A stretch of 63,299 nucleotides of DNA, filler included, from Rhabdomonas costata (lineage: Eukaryota), in NCBI GenBank assembly GCA_019059605.1. It is 51 parts of 51 records of this genome, joined end to end, with 100 filler letters (N's around TTAATTAATTAA, not from the genome) between each part and the next. Parts side by side here need not be neighbours in the genome. Positions count along the whole stretch, not along the records: positions 36,055 to 37,197 come from JAHMHO010026484.1; positions 37,298 to 38,440 come from JAHMHO010026485.1; positions 38,541 to 39,684 come from JAHMHO010026486.1; positions 39,785 to 40,927 come from JAHMHO010026487.1; positions 41,028 to 42,170 come from JAHMHO010026488.1; positions 42,271 to 43,413 come from JAHMHO010026489.1; positions 43,514 to 44,656 come from JAHMHO010026490.1; positions 44,757 to 45,899 come from JAHMHO010026491.1; 43 more parts are not named here. One strand, given 5' to 3'. Position 1 is the first letter of the stretch; each line of letters opens with the position of its first letter. The position numbers were made by a program, and so were the translations under genes. The notes beneath the pieces were generated by a model that made no database searches, was not told the DNA's origin, and was given only the letters and a program-made list of their open reading frames with translations. Of this stretch, positions 37,030 to 50,287 are shown in pieces.

Positions 37030-38685
37030 GTTCTGCCACCTCACCACTCCTCCATCAGTTGCCTTCCAACTGCGCGCGCTTCCCGCTGCCCATTCCTTGC
37101 CTTCTGGACGAAACCCGACCACGACTGCATGGAATCCGGGAGTCCAAGCAGTTTATCGGCAAATCGGCGATCAATGAGGGGATTATAATATTTCCCTNNN
37201 NNNNNNNNNNNNNNNNNNNNNNNNNNNNNNNNNNNNNNNNNTTAATTAATTAANNNNNNNNNNNNNNNNNNNNNNNNNNNNNNNNNNNNNNNNNNNNGGT
37301 TTTGTTTTTTGAGGACGGGAGTTGGTGTCGTTCCGCGCGTTTTGGTTGAGGGACTGCCAAGTCTCTCTATTGCTTGGTATCAGTCCAGTTGGACGCTTTC
37401 GACCGATGTTTTTTTCTGCCACGCTCTCAGGTCCCCAGGCCGGTGTTCCGCTTTCCCCGTTCTCGGGGAAGCAGGGCCAGGGGCTGCCCGTTGGGACCTT
37501 CCCTTCTCGTGACTCTGGTTACAACCAGGTTTGTTCCGCCCCTGCTGCTGCATGCCCGCCTCACCTTGCGTTTCCTTTTTCTCTCACAATCCCTTGAACC
37601 TTTTATCAACGGGGGCCTCTTCAGTGAAATAAACCTGCACATGATAACAGCAGCAAATTGCTTCATAAACAGTTCTCCCTTTTCCACGTGCAAGAACTAT
37701 ACAAACGCTGATCACTCCTTTCCCGCCCTTCCTCTTCATCAATTCTACTCACGTTCACCCCTTTTAGGAGGGAGCTCTCTCTCCCTCACCCCGTGGAGGT
37801 AAACGCTGTTAACAGCAAGCTCGGAGATGGAGAGGTCACCGTGATTGGCGTGCATGCCACTCCAACCGGTCGCGATTTTTGACACGTACCGACGGCGCCA
37901 ACAGATCCTGAACGACCAGCTAAGAGTCCAGCCGGGTGCCACCTTGAAAATGGGTGGTGCACGCCATTTGGAGCAATCTGGGAGGCGGAATCCTGGAAGT
38001 TGACCACGCGAACAAGGAATTGCCGGGAACACCGGGATGTGCATCATGCTCTCTTGTCGGGAAGCAGGAAGTTTGAGCTTAGTAGAAAGGCCTTCTCACC
38101 TTCCAAGAGCCATGCCAAGCCGCCCACCGGCTATCGAACAGCCGTGTACGATGACAACAACCCCGTGTTCTCGGACATTGGGAAGAGCTTGCACAGGGCT
38201 AAATACAATCGATCACGTGAATACTGAACACACATTCTCTCTGTCTGGCGCCCATATAGCATGGACATGCATGCGTGTTTCTCTGCGTGATTAGGCTCGG
38301 CAGTTTGGGCGCCCCGTGGAGGGAGGCTGCTCTCCAGCCACTGGCTCACCATCCACTCGGCTGAGGCCCAGGCTGCCCGCGGCGGCCTCCGTGGGAGGCA
38401 CCTTGATCTTCCCCATGACCGGTTCTGCACCACCCCCCCANNNNNNNNNNNNNNNNNNNNNNNNNNNNNNNNNNNNNNNNNNNNTTAATTAATTAANNNN
38501 NNNNNNNNNNNNNNNNNNNNNNNNNNNNNNNNNNNNNNNNGGTTTTTGTTCTTTTTTCTTTTGAGAAGCCCTGTCGGCCGAGGGTGTGTCGTGGAATAGC
38601 TTGTCTTTCCTGCCACGCACCAACTCTCTCCCGACTCCCACCCCCGCTCTTCCATCTTGTGGTGAAAGTCTGCCGTTGGGCAAAG

Positions 38686-39491
38686 ATGGCTGCCTTGGAG
38701 GACCTGCTGGGCTCCGCCGCCGTGCTGCTGAGGAACCAGAGCATATCGATTCCCACGAAAGTTCACAAGGACTTCATCCAAGGCTTCGCTGCTGAGCACC
38801 GCCTGCGGTGTGTAAGCCCATCGGTCAATCCAGAGCTATTGTATCCGGGCGCCTGTGAAGATGGGAGCTTCCGTTCTTCGGAGACACTAAAATGACAAAA
38901 TTTGAATGCTCGTGAACGATCAGCCCTACAATTGGGGAGGTTCTTCACGAATTCCAACCCTCTCTAGAGCCCATGATTATATCAAGGTCACGTTGAGCCC
39001 AATTTGTTCGATGTCATTTCATTTCTCTTGCCTCTTTCGTTGGAGGCTGTCCAAGTGATGGTGTCAGTCAAGCCGTTTGCTGGAATTTGAGACCGATCAT
39101 GAAGGACCAGTTTTTCAGCCAGCAAATAACACCTGGCTGACTGTTCTTTCCGCGAGCATCATACGTTTCTCTCTTTTGGCCCCACCATCATCCTTGCGCA
39201 TTCCCGAATCTCGCACATCAACTTGTTTTCGTTTTTTGTTGTTTTGATCCACACTTTGGTTTGACGTCCTTATCCTGCGCTTCTCCAAGATACCTTCCTA
39301 CGCTGGAGGCCTTCAACCCTCAGAAGGAGGTGGCGACGATTGCCTTCCTCCTGAAGTTCGCCTGCTCTGGAGCCCTGGGGCTGTTCGTAGTCCGAGTGCG
39401 GCTATACTTCTTGAGGGTGCGGAAGATCCTGCGGTGGCTGAAGCAGTGGTTCCACCGGCGCGATGAGGCCCTTGTCCTGGCATGTTCCTGA
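38686..39491 (+). CDS. Unknown protein, two exons (38686-38807, 39290 onward)
   Basis: GC3-rich frames with phase-2 join ...EHRLR|YLPTLEAFNPQKEV...; hydrophobic segment. Confidence 0.5.
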
Positions 39492-41779
39492 TGCGCATTC
39501 AACGTCACTCACATTGGTTTCGGGGCTTACTTCGGCACATTTTTCTCAAAAGGATGACTTTTTGGAGAGCAATTAGCAAACAATGAAAGCGCTCTGCGAA
39601 GAAATGCCCAATAGATGGGTAATTTACCCCTCGGTTAATTCGGCAAACACAAGCAGCCAATGATCCTTGTCATCAAACCAAAAANNNNNNNNNNNNNNNN
39701 NNNNNNNNNNNNNNNNNNNNNNNNNNNNTTAATTAATTAANNNNNNNNNNNNNNNNNNNNNNNNNNNNNNNNNNNNNNNNNNNNGTGTGTGGGTGCCTGA
39801 GGCAAAGTCGGATGGATTGTATGGGCGATGGGCGGGGGAGTGGGGAGGTGGAAAACCTATCTGTGTACTCAGCCAAGAGGAGAGCCTCGACATACACGTT
39901 CTCGAGATTCCTGTAGAGATCTACGGTGTGGGCCAAGCTCGGGTGCACAATCTTGAGGAAATGCAAGAAAAAGACGCCCAAGTATTCGGAAGCAGTGATT
40001 TACCAGATAAAGGCCGAGTGTGCGGCAAAGAAACCAAAAAACTGGGACACATCCGCTGTGGTGTGGTCAGACGCGAACCTTGCGCGCGATTACCTCAACC
40101 GCCATCCTTTGGTCCTCCCCAGGCCGCTGCAGTGGACACCCGAGACTTTATCGGTCGGGCTACTGTGCTCCGTGAGCAAGTGTCTCTCCGTCTTAGGGTT
40201 CAATGATGGGAAAGAAGGAAAGAAGAAGTACCATTTATCCCGGCATGTTTAAGAGAGAGAAAAATAAGAAGCAGGAAAGGGGCACAACGCAGAGTACACA
40301 ATCCATCAGGACGATGCAAATCACATTGGCTGTGATAAAATGCATAAAAGCTTTGGTCTGCAGCTTTCCTTTCGAGCCAGCAAGCGAACGTGTCCGCAGG
40401 TTCCCGAGAAATCGGCTTGACCCCAAACCCCACTTGAGGGGTTTAGGTTGCACTGATGCCGATCCCCAAAAAAAATTGAGGGATGGATGGGGGCTACCGC
40501 CTGTCCTGCTACGGTTGTAGTGAACTGCAGTGCAATAGCTGACGTCCTGACGTCGGGGTGGGGAAAACAAAGCAATTCTTCGCAACACACAGCCACAAAG
40601 GCTTACGGTACGGCGGTAATATCAACCGCTCGGACGGGGAGGACGCGTCCGGAGAATACGGTGTCTCACACCTTCAATGCTGGGATGGTCGCGTTGAGAA
40701 TCAACTCGCGGATCTGTGAGGGCTGCAGCCCCCGAAGCAGAGCCGGAGGCAAGTCACCAACCTCCACGCCGGAACGCTGCTGCTTGCGGGGAAAAAAAGC
40801 AAAACAGGACACTTAAGTTTGCACAATTCAGCGAGAAAAAAACAAAGGTTCAGGAAGGGCATGCGAGCTCAGGGAAGCACGGGATGCACTGTATTCGTTG
40901 CGTTACCTCCCCAAGGTACCACAAAAANNNNNNNNNNNNNNNNNNNNNNNNNNNNNNNNNNNNNNNNNNNNTTAATTAATTAANNNNNNNNNNNNNNNNN
41001 NNNNNNNNNNNNNNNNNNNNNNNNNNNATTTGATTCGCTGCATCAGCCTTTCTCTTGGTCAGTGGGGTACCTCCACTCACGCTCTCCGCGGACTTCGTTT
41101 CTTCTTCGTTTCCCCGTGGGATGCTTTTCACGATTCCGGGATGGGATTAAGTCTCACCCTAATGGGTCACCACCAAAGGGGTAACACCCGCTCCTGCGTG
41201 GGATACCCTTTGCGGGGAGTTTTTATGTGTGGAAGTAGGTTCCCTATTCCCTATTCCCTATGTCCCTACATGTTTCTGTGGTTGAATCCTGAAAAAGGTA
41301 TTTTCGGCGGAGACAAAATGTGCGCACAGTTTCATATTACGTTTCCAAAACGCAAGATAAAAAGCTTCGCAATTTTGCTTGATAACTTTTATTTTTTGTT
41401 AAGTGTGTGTGCGGCTGGAGGAGGGAACTGCCACCGCTGGTTAGACCCGTTATTGGTCACTTGGTAACCTCCTTGCATCGTCCCTCCTTTTTGTGAATCT
41501 CTTGTTTCAGTTCGGATGTTCGTTAGCTGGACGATTTCTTTTCCCACTGCTTTTGGAGTTCCCAATCATGTCACAAAAGAACTTGCAAGAAAGAAAAGAA
41601 GGCAACCCTTGCAGTAACTTGGGGCCAGAAACGCACAAAAATGCGGAGCAGGGCTGCCAGTTGCTCTTCTCGAGGCCTGTCTTAAGTGAACTGGAGAACG
41701 CTCGCTTATTCGCTCAATTACTTGTGTTCTGTTGTTTTTTGCTTGAGCGGAAAGCGGAAACCTTCCTTGCTTTGCGCAG

Positions 41780-42170
41780 GATCTCTCGGGCAACACTCCC
41801 CTGCGCTGCGCGGCGTCCCGCAAGGATAATCCAAAGGAGGTGGCACTGGCTCTGCTGGAGGACGGGGCTGCGGCCAATGCTGTTGAGGTCCCTGCCCGTG
41901 CTCAACAAGCTTGTTTCAGCATTGCAGTGTGTTTGTGTGGGGTTCAGGCGTAAGGCTGTGTGGTTGTGTATATTGGCTGTTGTGCACAGGCCAAGATCGG
42001 CGACATCGTGGTCCGGGGCCCTGGCTGGGTTGAGGGAGGCGCCGATAACGGAGACCAGGATAGGGGTGCGGGTTGTCGGGGTAAGGTGGTGAAGCTGCAC
42101 CAGGAGAAGGGCAGGGTCTTCGTCTGTTGGGAGGCAAATGGAGATGACAGCCATGACTACTACTCCGGGA
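41780..42170 (+). CDS. Ankyrin repeat plus MIB/HERC2-domain protein (exons 41780-41887, 41990-42170)
   Basis: DLSGNTPLRCAA...LLEDGA (ankyrin) in frame with IGDIVVRGPGW...GDQD.GAG.RGKV...VCWE (MIB/HERC2). Confidence 0.8.
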
Positions 42171-42487
42171 NNNNNNNNNNNNNNNNNNNNNNNNNNNNNN
42201 NNNNNNNNNNNNNNTTAATTAATTAANNNNNNNNNNNNNNNNNNNNNNNNNNNNNNNNNNNNNNNNNNNNGTGGTTGTGTTCCTGTTGTGAAAGCAACTA
42301 GGATTTCAGTATCATCCCTCACACCCTCCCTGCCTCCTTCTGAAGAGGTGCATAACCAGCAACTGAATGCAGTTGTGCCACGCCCAATCCTGCCGCTCAG
42401 GAACTGGTTGTGGAGCCTGAGTAAGCCCCTCTCGTGCTCGGAACCCATCCTGCTGCTACGGAGAAGGTTTCGGTTTCAGAGGTTGAA

Positions 42488-42899
42488 CCTCTGCTGGTGA
42501 AATGCCTATGCAGCAAGGATGTTTTGCCTCGCCGAAGCACCACACTTGCAGCAGTTTTTGACCTGGCCAGTGCAGAAGATGTGGTCATTGCAGCTGGAAA
42601 CAATGCGCTCATTCACACAGACCTGGCCTTTTCCATACATACAGGCATGTATGGGCGCATTGCCTCGCGCAGTGTTTTGTACTGGAAGCACCACATGTCG
42701 GTTGGAGCGGGAGTAATTGATCCCAACTACCGAGGAAATGTAAAGATCTTGCTGTTCAACCACGGAAATAGAAACTACTACGTCAAGAAGGGTGATCGGG
42801 TGGCGCAATTCCTGTTGTAGTACATTGCGACACCCCGTGCGCGTTGTTCCACAACTGCCGGGGAGTGTGCGAGGTAAAGGTGGGTTCGAATCCTTTGGA
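42488..42899 (+). pseudogene. dut: Decayed intronless trimeric dUTPase
   Basis: All five motifs present, four damaged: AVFDL, RSVL, GVIDPNYRG, GDRVAQ, RGKGGFES; in-frame TAG at 42818-42820. Confidence 0.85.
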
Positions 42900-43709
42900 G
42901 TTGGTTCGGTTTAGGAACCCCAGGCCGCTCCTCGTGTTTCAGAGCAGCCAACCCCAGAAGTGATCGACCCCAAAGCCGACGTCACACGGCAGTTGGACGT
43001 ACGGCATGCGGCATCTTCCAATTCGTCCGCTTCGGAATTGGAAAATGCTTTTACTTGTATATCACAGGTTGCCATTTCAAGCAATTTTATGTTGCCCAAA
43101 TTGAGGTATCAGCTAACCTTTCTGGAGCGCAATGCGGATGCTCCGCCTCTGCCTCGGCAGCCAACACCCAAACCACCTGCGGTAATACCGCCCAGATCAA
43201 TGGATGATCCGCTCTCCCCCATGTCTGGCCTCCACAGTCTGGAAGAGGAGGAACATCCGAACCCGAAAGGAAGATGGGGAAGCGGAAGAAGCTGTCTGCG
43301 CGCAAAGATGTTCAGGAGCTGATCAGTAATCGTGATCCAGCGACATGTGGCCATCCATTTTGGACAAATACAATTCCCCCACAGGTGCTCGGGCTCAACA
43401 ATGAGTACAAACANNNNNNNNNNNNNNNNNNNNNNNNNNNNNNNNNNNNNNNNNNNNTTAATTAATTAANNNNNNNNNNNNNNNNNNNNNNNNNNNNNNN
43501 NNNNNNNNNNNNNGGGTGGGTGTGCCATGTTACCGTTGTGTGTTTTGGGGCGTGGTCTCACCCGACTCTACCGATGCTGTCGCTCTTTTCACTCATTCGC
43601 TGTGTACTTTGGCTTCGTTGACCGGTTCACCCATTGATGGCGGTCGAGTTTCAAGTTACCGGATTTCTGTGTGTGTGTGTGTGTGTGTGTGGCTAATGTG
43701 CTTGCACAG

Positions 43710-43928
43710 GGGTCGGGCTTCGGCTGGACTCTGAGGCCTTTGTTGGACTCTCTCAGCTGACCGTGCTGAACCTCGCGGGCAATGGGCTGCGAGAGGGAGT
43801 GGCTGATGCTCTGGCACCAGTGGGCGGCAGCCTGACCAACCTGGACCTCAGCCACAACGCCATCCCAACTCTTAGAGCCGTGCAGCCCCTCCTGCTGCAG
43901 TGCCCGCGGGTCTCCATCCTGGGCCTGG
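43710..43928 (+). CDS. Leucine-rich-repeat protein exon
   Basis: LSQLTVLNLAGNGL and LTNLDLSHNAI; cag/gtatgc boundaries. Confidence 0.85.
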
Positions 43929-45125
43929 GTATGCACCCCTCCACCCTCCCGGTCTATCACTACCACTCCCGCCATTTTCTCTTCCTCATTAGAACTTTGT
44001 CGAAGTTGTTAACTTGCCTATCCATGAGGATATTCCTCCTTTCTGAAGCGACCCTTGGCACGGAAGGTGAAAAATGAGCGACCGAGAGAATTAATCTGCG
44101 CAGAATCCATGTACTGAATGACTCTGCTCAGCATCTCAGGTTGTGTGCATGGATCCCGCCCATTGCACCTTCCATTACATATGTTGGTAAATTCTGAATC
44201 CGTGGGTCTTTTGTATTCGAAGGGATGGTGTCCAGCGGATATTTATCATTTATTTTAAGGCTTGTTTATACGTCCGCGACTACTGTATCCCACGTTAGTC
44301 AGAGAGTGTACCCACATTTTCCACACTTTGGCTTCTCGAAATTTCTGGAATATAAGCAGGAGTTGACTTTAAGTCCAGGAAAAGCTGCCAAACCCAAATC
44401 CGGACTCTCTTGCTTCGGAAAAGCATTTAGTTCTGAATAAATCGACACGTGCAATTGAAGCAATTTGTCGAGTGGAATTCACGTTGACGGTCACGTCTCG
44501 TTAATGTTCGAAACCCGACCGCAGCCACGCTGCGGCAGGATTGCGGATCCTGCTGCCCTGCTTCTCAGGCACTTTCGAAGTTCTCAAACAGGTTGGACCC
44601 AAAACCCAAAACGTACCAGTTGAAGCTGTCACCTGAGCGCATGCATCCCCCAACACNNNNNNNNNNNNNNNNNNNNNNNNNNNNNNNNNNNNNNNNNNNN
44701 TTAATTAATTAANNNNNNNNNNNNNNNNNNNNNNNNNNNNNNNNNNNNNNNNNNNNGTTGTTTTTTTCGCTGAACTCATTACGAATCACACTCCATACTA
44801 GAAAGAGAATTCAGAAAAAAAAATAACTGAAAATGTATTTGGCTTTGACCAAGCTCGCCGGGGGTGAGACGACCCAAAGCGAGCTTTCAAAAGAAAAAAA
44901 CAAGCCCCCACAAAAAAAAACTGAAAATGTGAGCCTTGATTAAAACTCCTAGCGAACTTTATCGGGTTTTGTCGTCGCTGTCGTGGTTTCAATTAGGATA
45001 GTAAACGCTATCGTGATCGTGATTTTGACCTCGCTGTTACCAGGGAGGTGGGGAGGGACCAAAGCCAGTGCTGCAAGTTGCTTCGCATTGTTCGCCCCGT
45101 ATTTTTGCTTCTCCTTCTTGCGCAG

Positions 45126-45575
45126 TACGGTTTCATGTTTGACCAACATGCTGAGGGGGTTGCCTATTACAACTGGAAGATCTTCTGTGTCAAGCAGAAG
45201 TGGTCAGACGGTACCCTGTCCTTTCCCCTTCATATGCAAATCCCCACTGCTCTAATTTTGCTGGTATAGTCCTGCCTGCATCTCCTCTTCAGCCCAAATC
45301 CAACAAGCGATTTACAAGTTCCAGGTCGAGCAGTATCAAAAGGCCCATCCAGGGCAACCTTTGCCGTCGCAGCAGCCCGCTCAACAGCAGCAACAGCCGC
45401 AGCAGCAGGCTCAGGCGAAACCCGAGGGCCCGCAGCTCACCCCTGATGAGACCAGAGAGTGCAAAGGGCACCTTGACAACATCGGTACGTCCCAGACATC
45501 CATCCAGACGGCGAAGGCGTGGATGCTCTCTAAGCTGGACAAATCCAAACCCGTCTTGGACATGGTTCTCGTCAG
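45126..45575 (+). CDS. SURP plus CID domain splicing factor, CHERP-like (exons 45126-45210, 45293-45575)
   Basis: YGFMF......AYYNWK (SURP end), Q-rich linker, LDNIGTSQTSIQTAKAWML (CID start). Confidence 0.7.
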
Positions 45576-46286
45576 GTGTGGCCCAGCACAGCGCTTTACC
45601 ATTCCAGTTCAATTGATTTTTGGATGGGGGTTGTTTTGGAATGCTTTGCACGCTGACAAGGCTGACGAAATCCGACAGCGCCGTTGAAAAAACTCAAAAA
45701 ATTGTAATTGTACCTCCCCCCACCTCCCAGACCACCCATGCAACGCATGATATGATATGATATACCGCATGTCACATCCCTGGGAATTTTCCTCCACTTC
45801 CAAGGCAAAGTCACCATTCCAAGCACTCAAACTCACAGAAAAAATCAGCTGCTGGCGGGCTGGGGGACGTCGCAAGTGTGCTAGCTGACACCAAAAAAAN
45901 NNNNNNNNNNNNNNNNNNNNNNNNNNNNNNNNNNNNNNNNNNNTTAATTAATTAANNNNNNNNNNNNNNNNNNNNNNNNNNNNNNNNNNNNNNNNNNNNG
46001 GGGGGAATACCGTCAGGCAGATATGGCGACAAACTTTGGCGTAAAGGTAACATCCGGTAGAAGAAGCTTTATCAGTGGCAATCTCTGCATGACCCATCTA
46101 AACACAAGTCTCTACCCCATATTTTCCAGCTCTCAAAATAATTTCCGCCGCCAGTGAGGAAGACGTCCAGCCATGTAGCTACTCGCCACCTTTCGGACAA
46201 CCACCCCTGTCCCACCACCAACACACCCACGCACACCCCCAAAAATCGTGGGGACGGAGAGAGAAACTGTGTGGGCGGGGGCATAC

Positions 46287-46848
46287 GCTGGAGTCCCAAT
46301 GATGGAGCGGTTGGTCATAGACTGGGCCCCAACCCCGGCAATGGCGTGGATCTTCCGGCTGGCCCCGAAGTCGGCAAGCTTGATGACCCCCTCGTCGTTG
46401 ACCAGGATGTTCGCCCCTAAAAAAGAAAAGCATAAAACAGAAAATTAAGTACGCTGTGGTTGATAAGGCGAGCATCAACAGACAACAGACACAGCCGCGT
46501 CGTGCGGCACACTTTCGTCCAGATATCCAACCCACAAAGCACAGCGATGGAATGCACTTCCGATGCAATGACTCCATTGCATGAAACGAACAAAGCCCAT
46601 TTACATAAACTTCGGAGAAGTCGAAAAATCCAGCGAATGTCTGAAGTGCGGAATTGTCGTTAAGGAAGGAGAATATTCGGTTTTCCATGATGGGTTCATT
46701 CAGCGGTGTCCAGGGAAAAGGAATTGCGACCAAAGATACCAGATGTGCTCACAATTCTCTCCCTCTCTGCGGAACCTTTGATGTCCCGGTGTACAATTTG
46801 GTTGTCGTGCAGATACACCAAGCCCTGCAGGATCTGCTTCACGTACAC
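46287..46848 (-). CDS. STE11/MAP3K-type Ser/Thr kinase (exons 46848-46776, 46416-46287)
   Basis: [29 protein letters not shown]...IKLADFGAS...GTP. Confidence 0.93.
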
Positions 46849-47569
46849 CTACAGCGCGTCACCCGAACACAGCATGTGGAGCGGAATGTTTGAAAAAAAA
46901 AGGTTCGCGTCACTTCAGCTGGATCAAAATGAGTGCCATAAACCACGTGAACAACAGTGTCACACGGAGCGCAGTGACCTTTGCGAGTACGATGCACCGC
47001 ATGGAGAACTGTACCCAAGAACCTCGACAAAGCTGCGTAATGCGTAAAGCCAAATCACGCCGAGGGCATTCACCGCACCCAGATCGCTGGTGCACACCTA
47101 CACCCAAGCACTTTCGAAGGGCACTATCTGCAAGTGGAAGTNNNNNNNNNNNNNNNNNNNNNNNNNNNNNNNNNNNNNNNNNNNNTTAATTAATTAANNN
47201 NNNNNNNNNNNNNNNNNNNNNNNNNNNNNNNNNNNNNNNNNTTTTGTTGTTACAACTTTTTTTGGGTTCAGGTTTCCATCGCAACATTTTGTGCGGAGAG
47301 CGGGGGTGCGCCCTCACACTTTTGAGTTTCAGCCGTAATGAGTCCTCCCCCTCTGCGGTTGCGGTGCTGCATGGGTGCCCCAGTGTAATGGACGGTAAGG
47401 TATGGCGTTTGAACTCGCTGATCTCGTTGACAGCAAAACACTGCCACACTTCACCCCCCAAGCTGCCATTGGGGTGGTAGGGTATTTGTGTATGTATCTG
47501 GTAGGAGGGAGGGGGATCGCTGGGGTAGTACATTCGGTTTGTCACCCCCGCACCCACACTCGCACCCAC

Positions 47570-47748
47570 GTAAAGTCTGAGGAGGCTGAGCCTGCCCCCA
47601 CAGAGGAGGAGGAGGGGGGCAGCCGCATCGCCAGAAGGGCCTCTGCGAAGGACGCCGCAGAGGCGGCCTCACTGTGCGCCAGATAGGCCTCCACCACGCG
47701 GCTTCCCGTGGAGCTGCAACACAGCCGCAGCAGCACCGCGGGCTCCGC
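47570..47748 (-). CDS. Pumilio-repeat exon, possibly NOP9-like
   Basis: LLRLCCSSTGSRVVEAYL; cag/gtgggt boundaries. Confidence 0.5.
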
Positions 47749-48980
47749 CTGTGCGTTTGCGTGTGACAGTGCACGTATACATGACGTGTACGTGTGTGTG
47801 TGTGTGTGTGTTTGAGTTTGCTGATTGGTTCGCGCCCCGGAAAGTTTTCTCCGGCCGCGTCCGGAGCATTGCCTTCGCTCACCCTCACTTCAGGCGCCAC
47901 CACCACAGTCTATTGTGGTGAGGTCGCCACCCTGACACCCATGTCCTCACCAAGCAGTACCCCGAAGGTGACACTCTCGGCCACCCCGACAGCCACCGAG
48001 ACGCCCACATCCACACCCAGCACGACGCCGGCAACTACCCCCATGCCGACCCCCTCGCCAACACGCACACCCAGCGCTACCCCGTCAAGGATGCCCTCGC
48101 CTTCACCACATCATCACCCACATCCACACCAGGCACCACCCCGACGGCGACGAGCCCCAACCTTCGCATACTTGCACCTCATCTTCGAAATGGCAGGTCG
48201 TCCACCAGTTTCTTCGTGAGTTCACCATTTTGCAAAGGCAGAACTCACTTTTGAACTTGATACGTGCATTGACGAGGAGTTGCCAGGTGCTGAGTTGAAG
48301 GGCTTTTTTCCAGCCTTCTGCTCAGCCCAACGCTACATCTCTGCTTCCTTAATCCATTCACTGCTCTTTCCACCACTTCTTACANNNNNNNNNNNNNNNN
48401 NNNNNNNNNNNNNNNNNNNNNNNNNNNNTTAATTAATTAANNNNNNNNNNNNNNNNNNNNNNNNNNNNNNNNNNNNNNNNNNNNAGCCGCGTGCAAATCC
48501 AAGTGCACGAGCCTTCTTTTCGGATCTCTAGAAAACCACGTCTTAATTCTTTCCCTCGAATCCCAGAGCACACCGCCATATACCGCGGTGGACACTTCTG
48601 TTTGGCGAACTTATGACACTCATATTTCTTTGGTGCCTTTTTGTCCAAAAATCAGACACTGAAGGATTTAATGGAGGATTTTTTGGGGGAAGGGAGGGGG
48701 TGGAGAGAAAAATTCGGCCTGTGCTGCAAAACGGCGGTGACTTCAGTCTGTTGTGAAACCCATCAAAAATCAAAATGCATTAAATGCATTGTTGAACGAC
48801 CTATCCCAAAGCACCTGAACTGTGCTCGTATTTTGATTTGAATCTCTTTTCAGAGGGCCTGAATTTGGGTTTGCATGAGTTTTCCAACGGAGAAACTGGT
48901 GTTAGGTGTGTACATTGGTCACAATCCGACTTTTAAAGCACGCCAATAAAGTGTTCCCCGCGATACACAATGACAGATAA

Positions 48981-49038
48981 GGGGCGTACCGGTGGAGGCA
49001 TTCGGGTATACGGGGCGTACCGGTGGAGGCATTCGGGT
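48981..49038. repeat. 27-bp direct repeat, two copies, 31-bp period
   Basis: GGGGCGTACCGGTGGAGGCATTCGGGT at 48981 and 49012. Confidence 0.9.
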
Positions 49039-49176
49039 TGTTTTGTTCGCTGGCGGGGTGGGGGGGAGTACCATGTGTGAACGCGTCGCACCAATTTCCA
49101 TTCCAATTTCTTTTACCGGTGAAAAAACACTCGAAGGGGGGTGTTGTAGCCTTTATACATCGCACCCTGTCCACAC

Positions 49177-49400
49177 CTTTCTGCTGTGGCCCTGGTAGCA
49201 CACCACCACGTCTCCAGCGGCGGCATCCCACAGCACGGCCGTGCGGTCCTCGCTGCCGGTGAGAATGTAGCCCCCGTCTGGGCTGAAACAGACGCACAGC
49301 ACTCCGTCGGAGTGCGCGGTGAGCTTGAGGAGGGGCTCCGCGGTGATGGCGTCCCAAACACGCACCGTGCGGTCGGCCGATGCGGAGGCAATGCGGTGCC
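49177..49400 (-). CDS. WD40-repeat protein exon
   Basis: IASASADRTVRVWD...AHSDGVLCVCFSPDG..ILTGSEDRTAVLWD...GH. Confidence 0.93.
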
Positions 49401-50287
49401 CTGCCCATCATTTCATGAATTACGAAAAGAATCCGAACAAATGTCCACAGTTTTTTTTTGCTCTTCCTTGGCGGAGAATCTCCGAATGGAGACGACAAAT
49501 TGCGCTCCCGCTTCGACCTGGCTCCTTCAGCCCCACTTCGACGGGGTGGGCAACGAAACCGAAAGCGGATACATGGACCGCGACCCGACTGCCAAAACGG
49601 TGCCTGACACTACTAGCATGAATGAATNNNNNNNNNNNNNNNNNNNNNNNNNNNNNNNNNNNNNNNNNNNNTTAATTAATTAANNNNNNNNNNNNNNNNN
49701 NNNNNNNNNNNNNNNNNNNNNNNNNNNGCGCACGCGCTGTTGGCCACGGGTGCTCGCGAGAGGTGCCGTTGGAGCGAACGGTGCCGTGGGGAACCGAAAT
49801 CGGCTCACCACCGAACGTTCCACATCTGGTGACCTCCCTTCTGCCCCATGGGTCGGTGTGTGTGTGTGTGTGTGTGTGTGCCAGTTCTCGTGGGAACAGG
49901 TGTGAGGTGCGCCTCTGTTTTGCTGAGAGTTAAATTTTGACGTGCAATCAGATCTTCCGGAGGGCCGGAAGTTGGAGGAGAAATCTTGCAATCAGGGGCC
50001 CAGCCGGCTCAATTCATTGCTTGAGCTTCAATTCTTCCCACAAAACCTCGTTGTACCCTCATGTGTGCGTGTAAGTGTGTTGTGGGTGTGTGTGTGTGTG
50101 GCTTTTCACGTGTCTCTGGTTTCCAGACCCACGCAAAAGCGCACGCACGCGCATGGTGTATGATATCAACCACACCGCACATACGACCTCGCCACGCTTT
50201 TGTGCCTTCTTCGCCATACCCCAGACAGTCTCAAGTGCGCGTATGTGTGTGCACGGGTAGGGGGAGGGGAGGGGGGAGTGAACGTGC

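Noticed and set aside
37960-38080. HNH endonuclease remnant (LEVDH)
   Set aside because: A single short motif in a frame with several stops; the rest of the pattern needs frameshifts.
9328-42820. TAG reassignment suggested by in-frame TAGs in gag and dUTPase
   Set aside because: Both are in decayed mobile-like sequence; none of the conserved housekeeping exons I translated has an in-frame stop.
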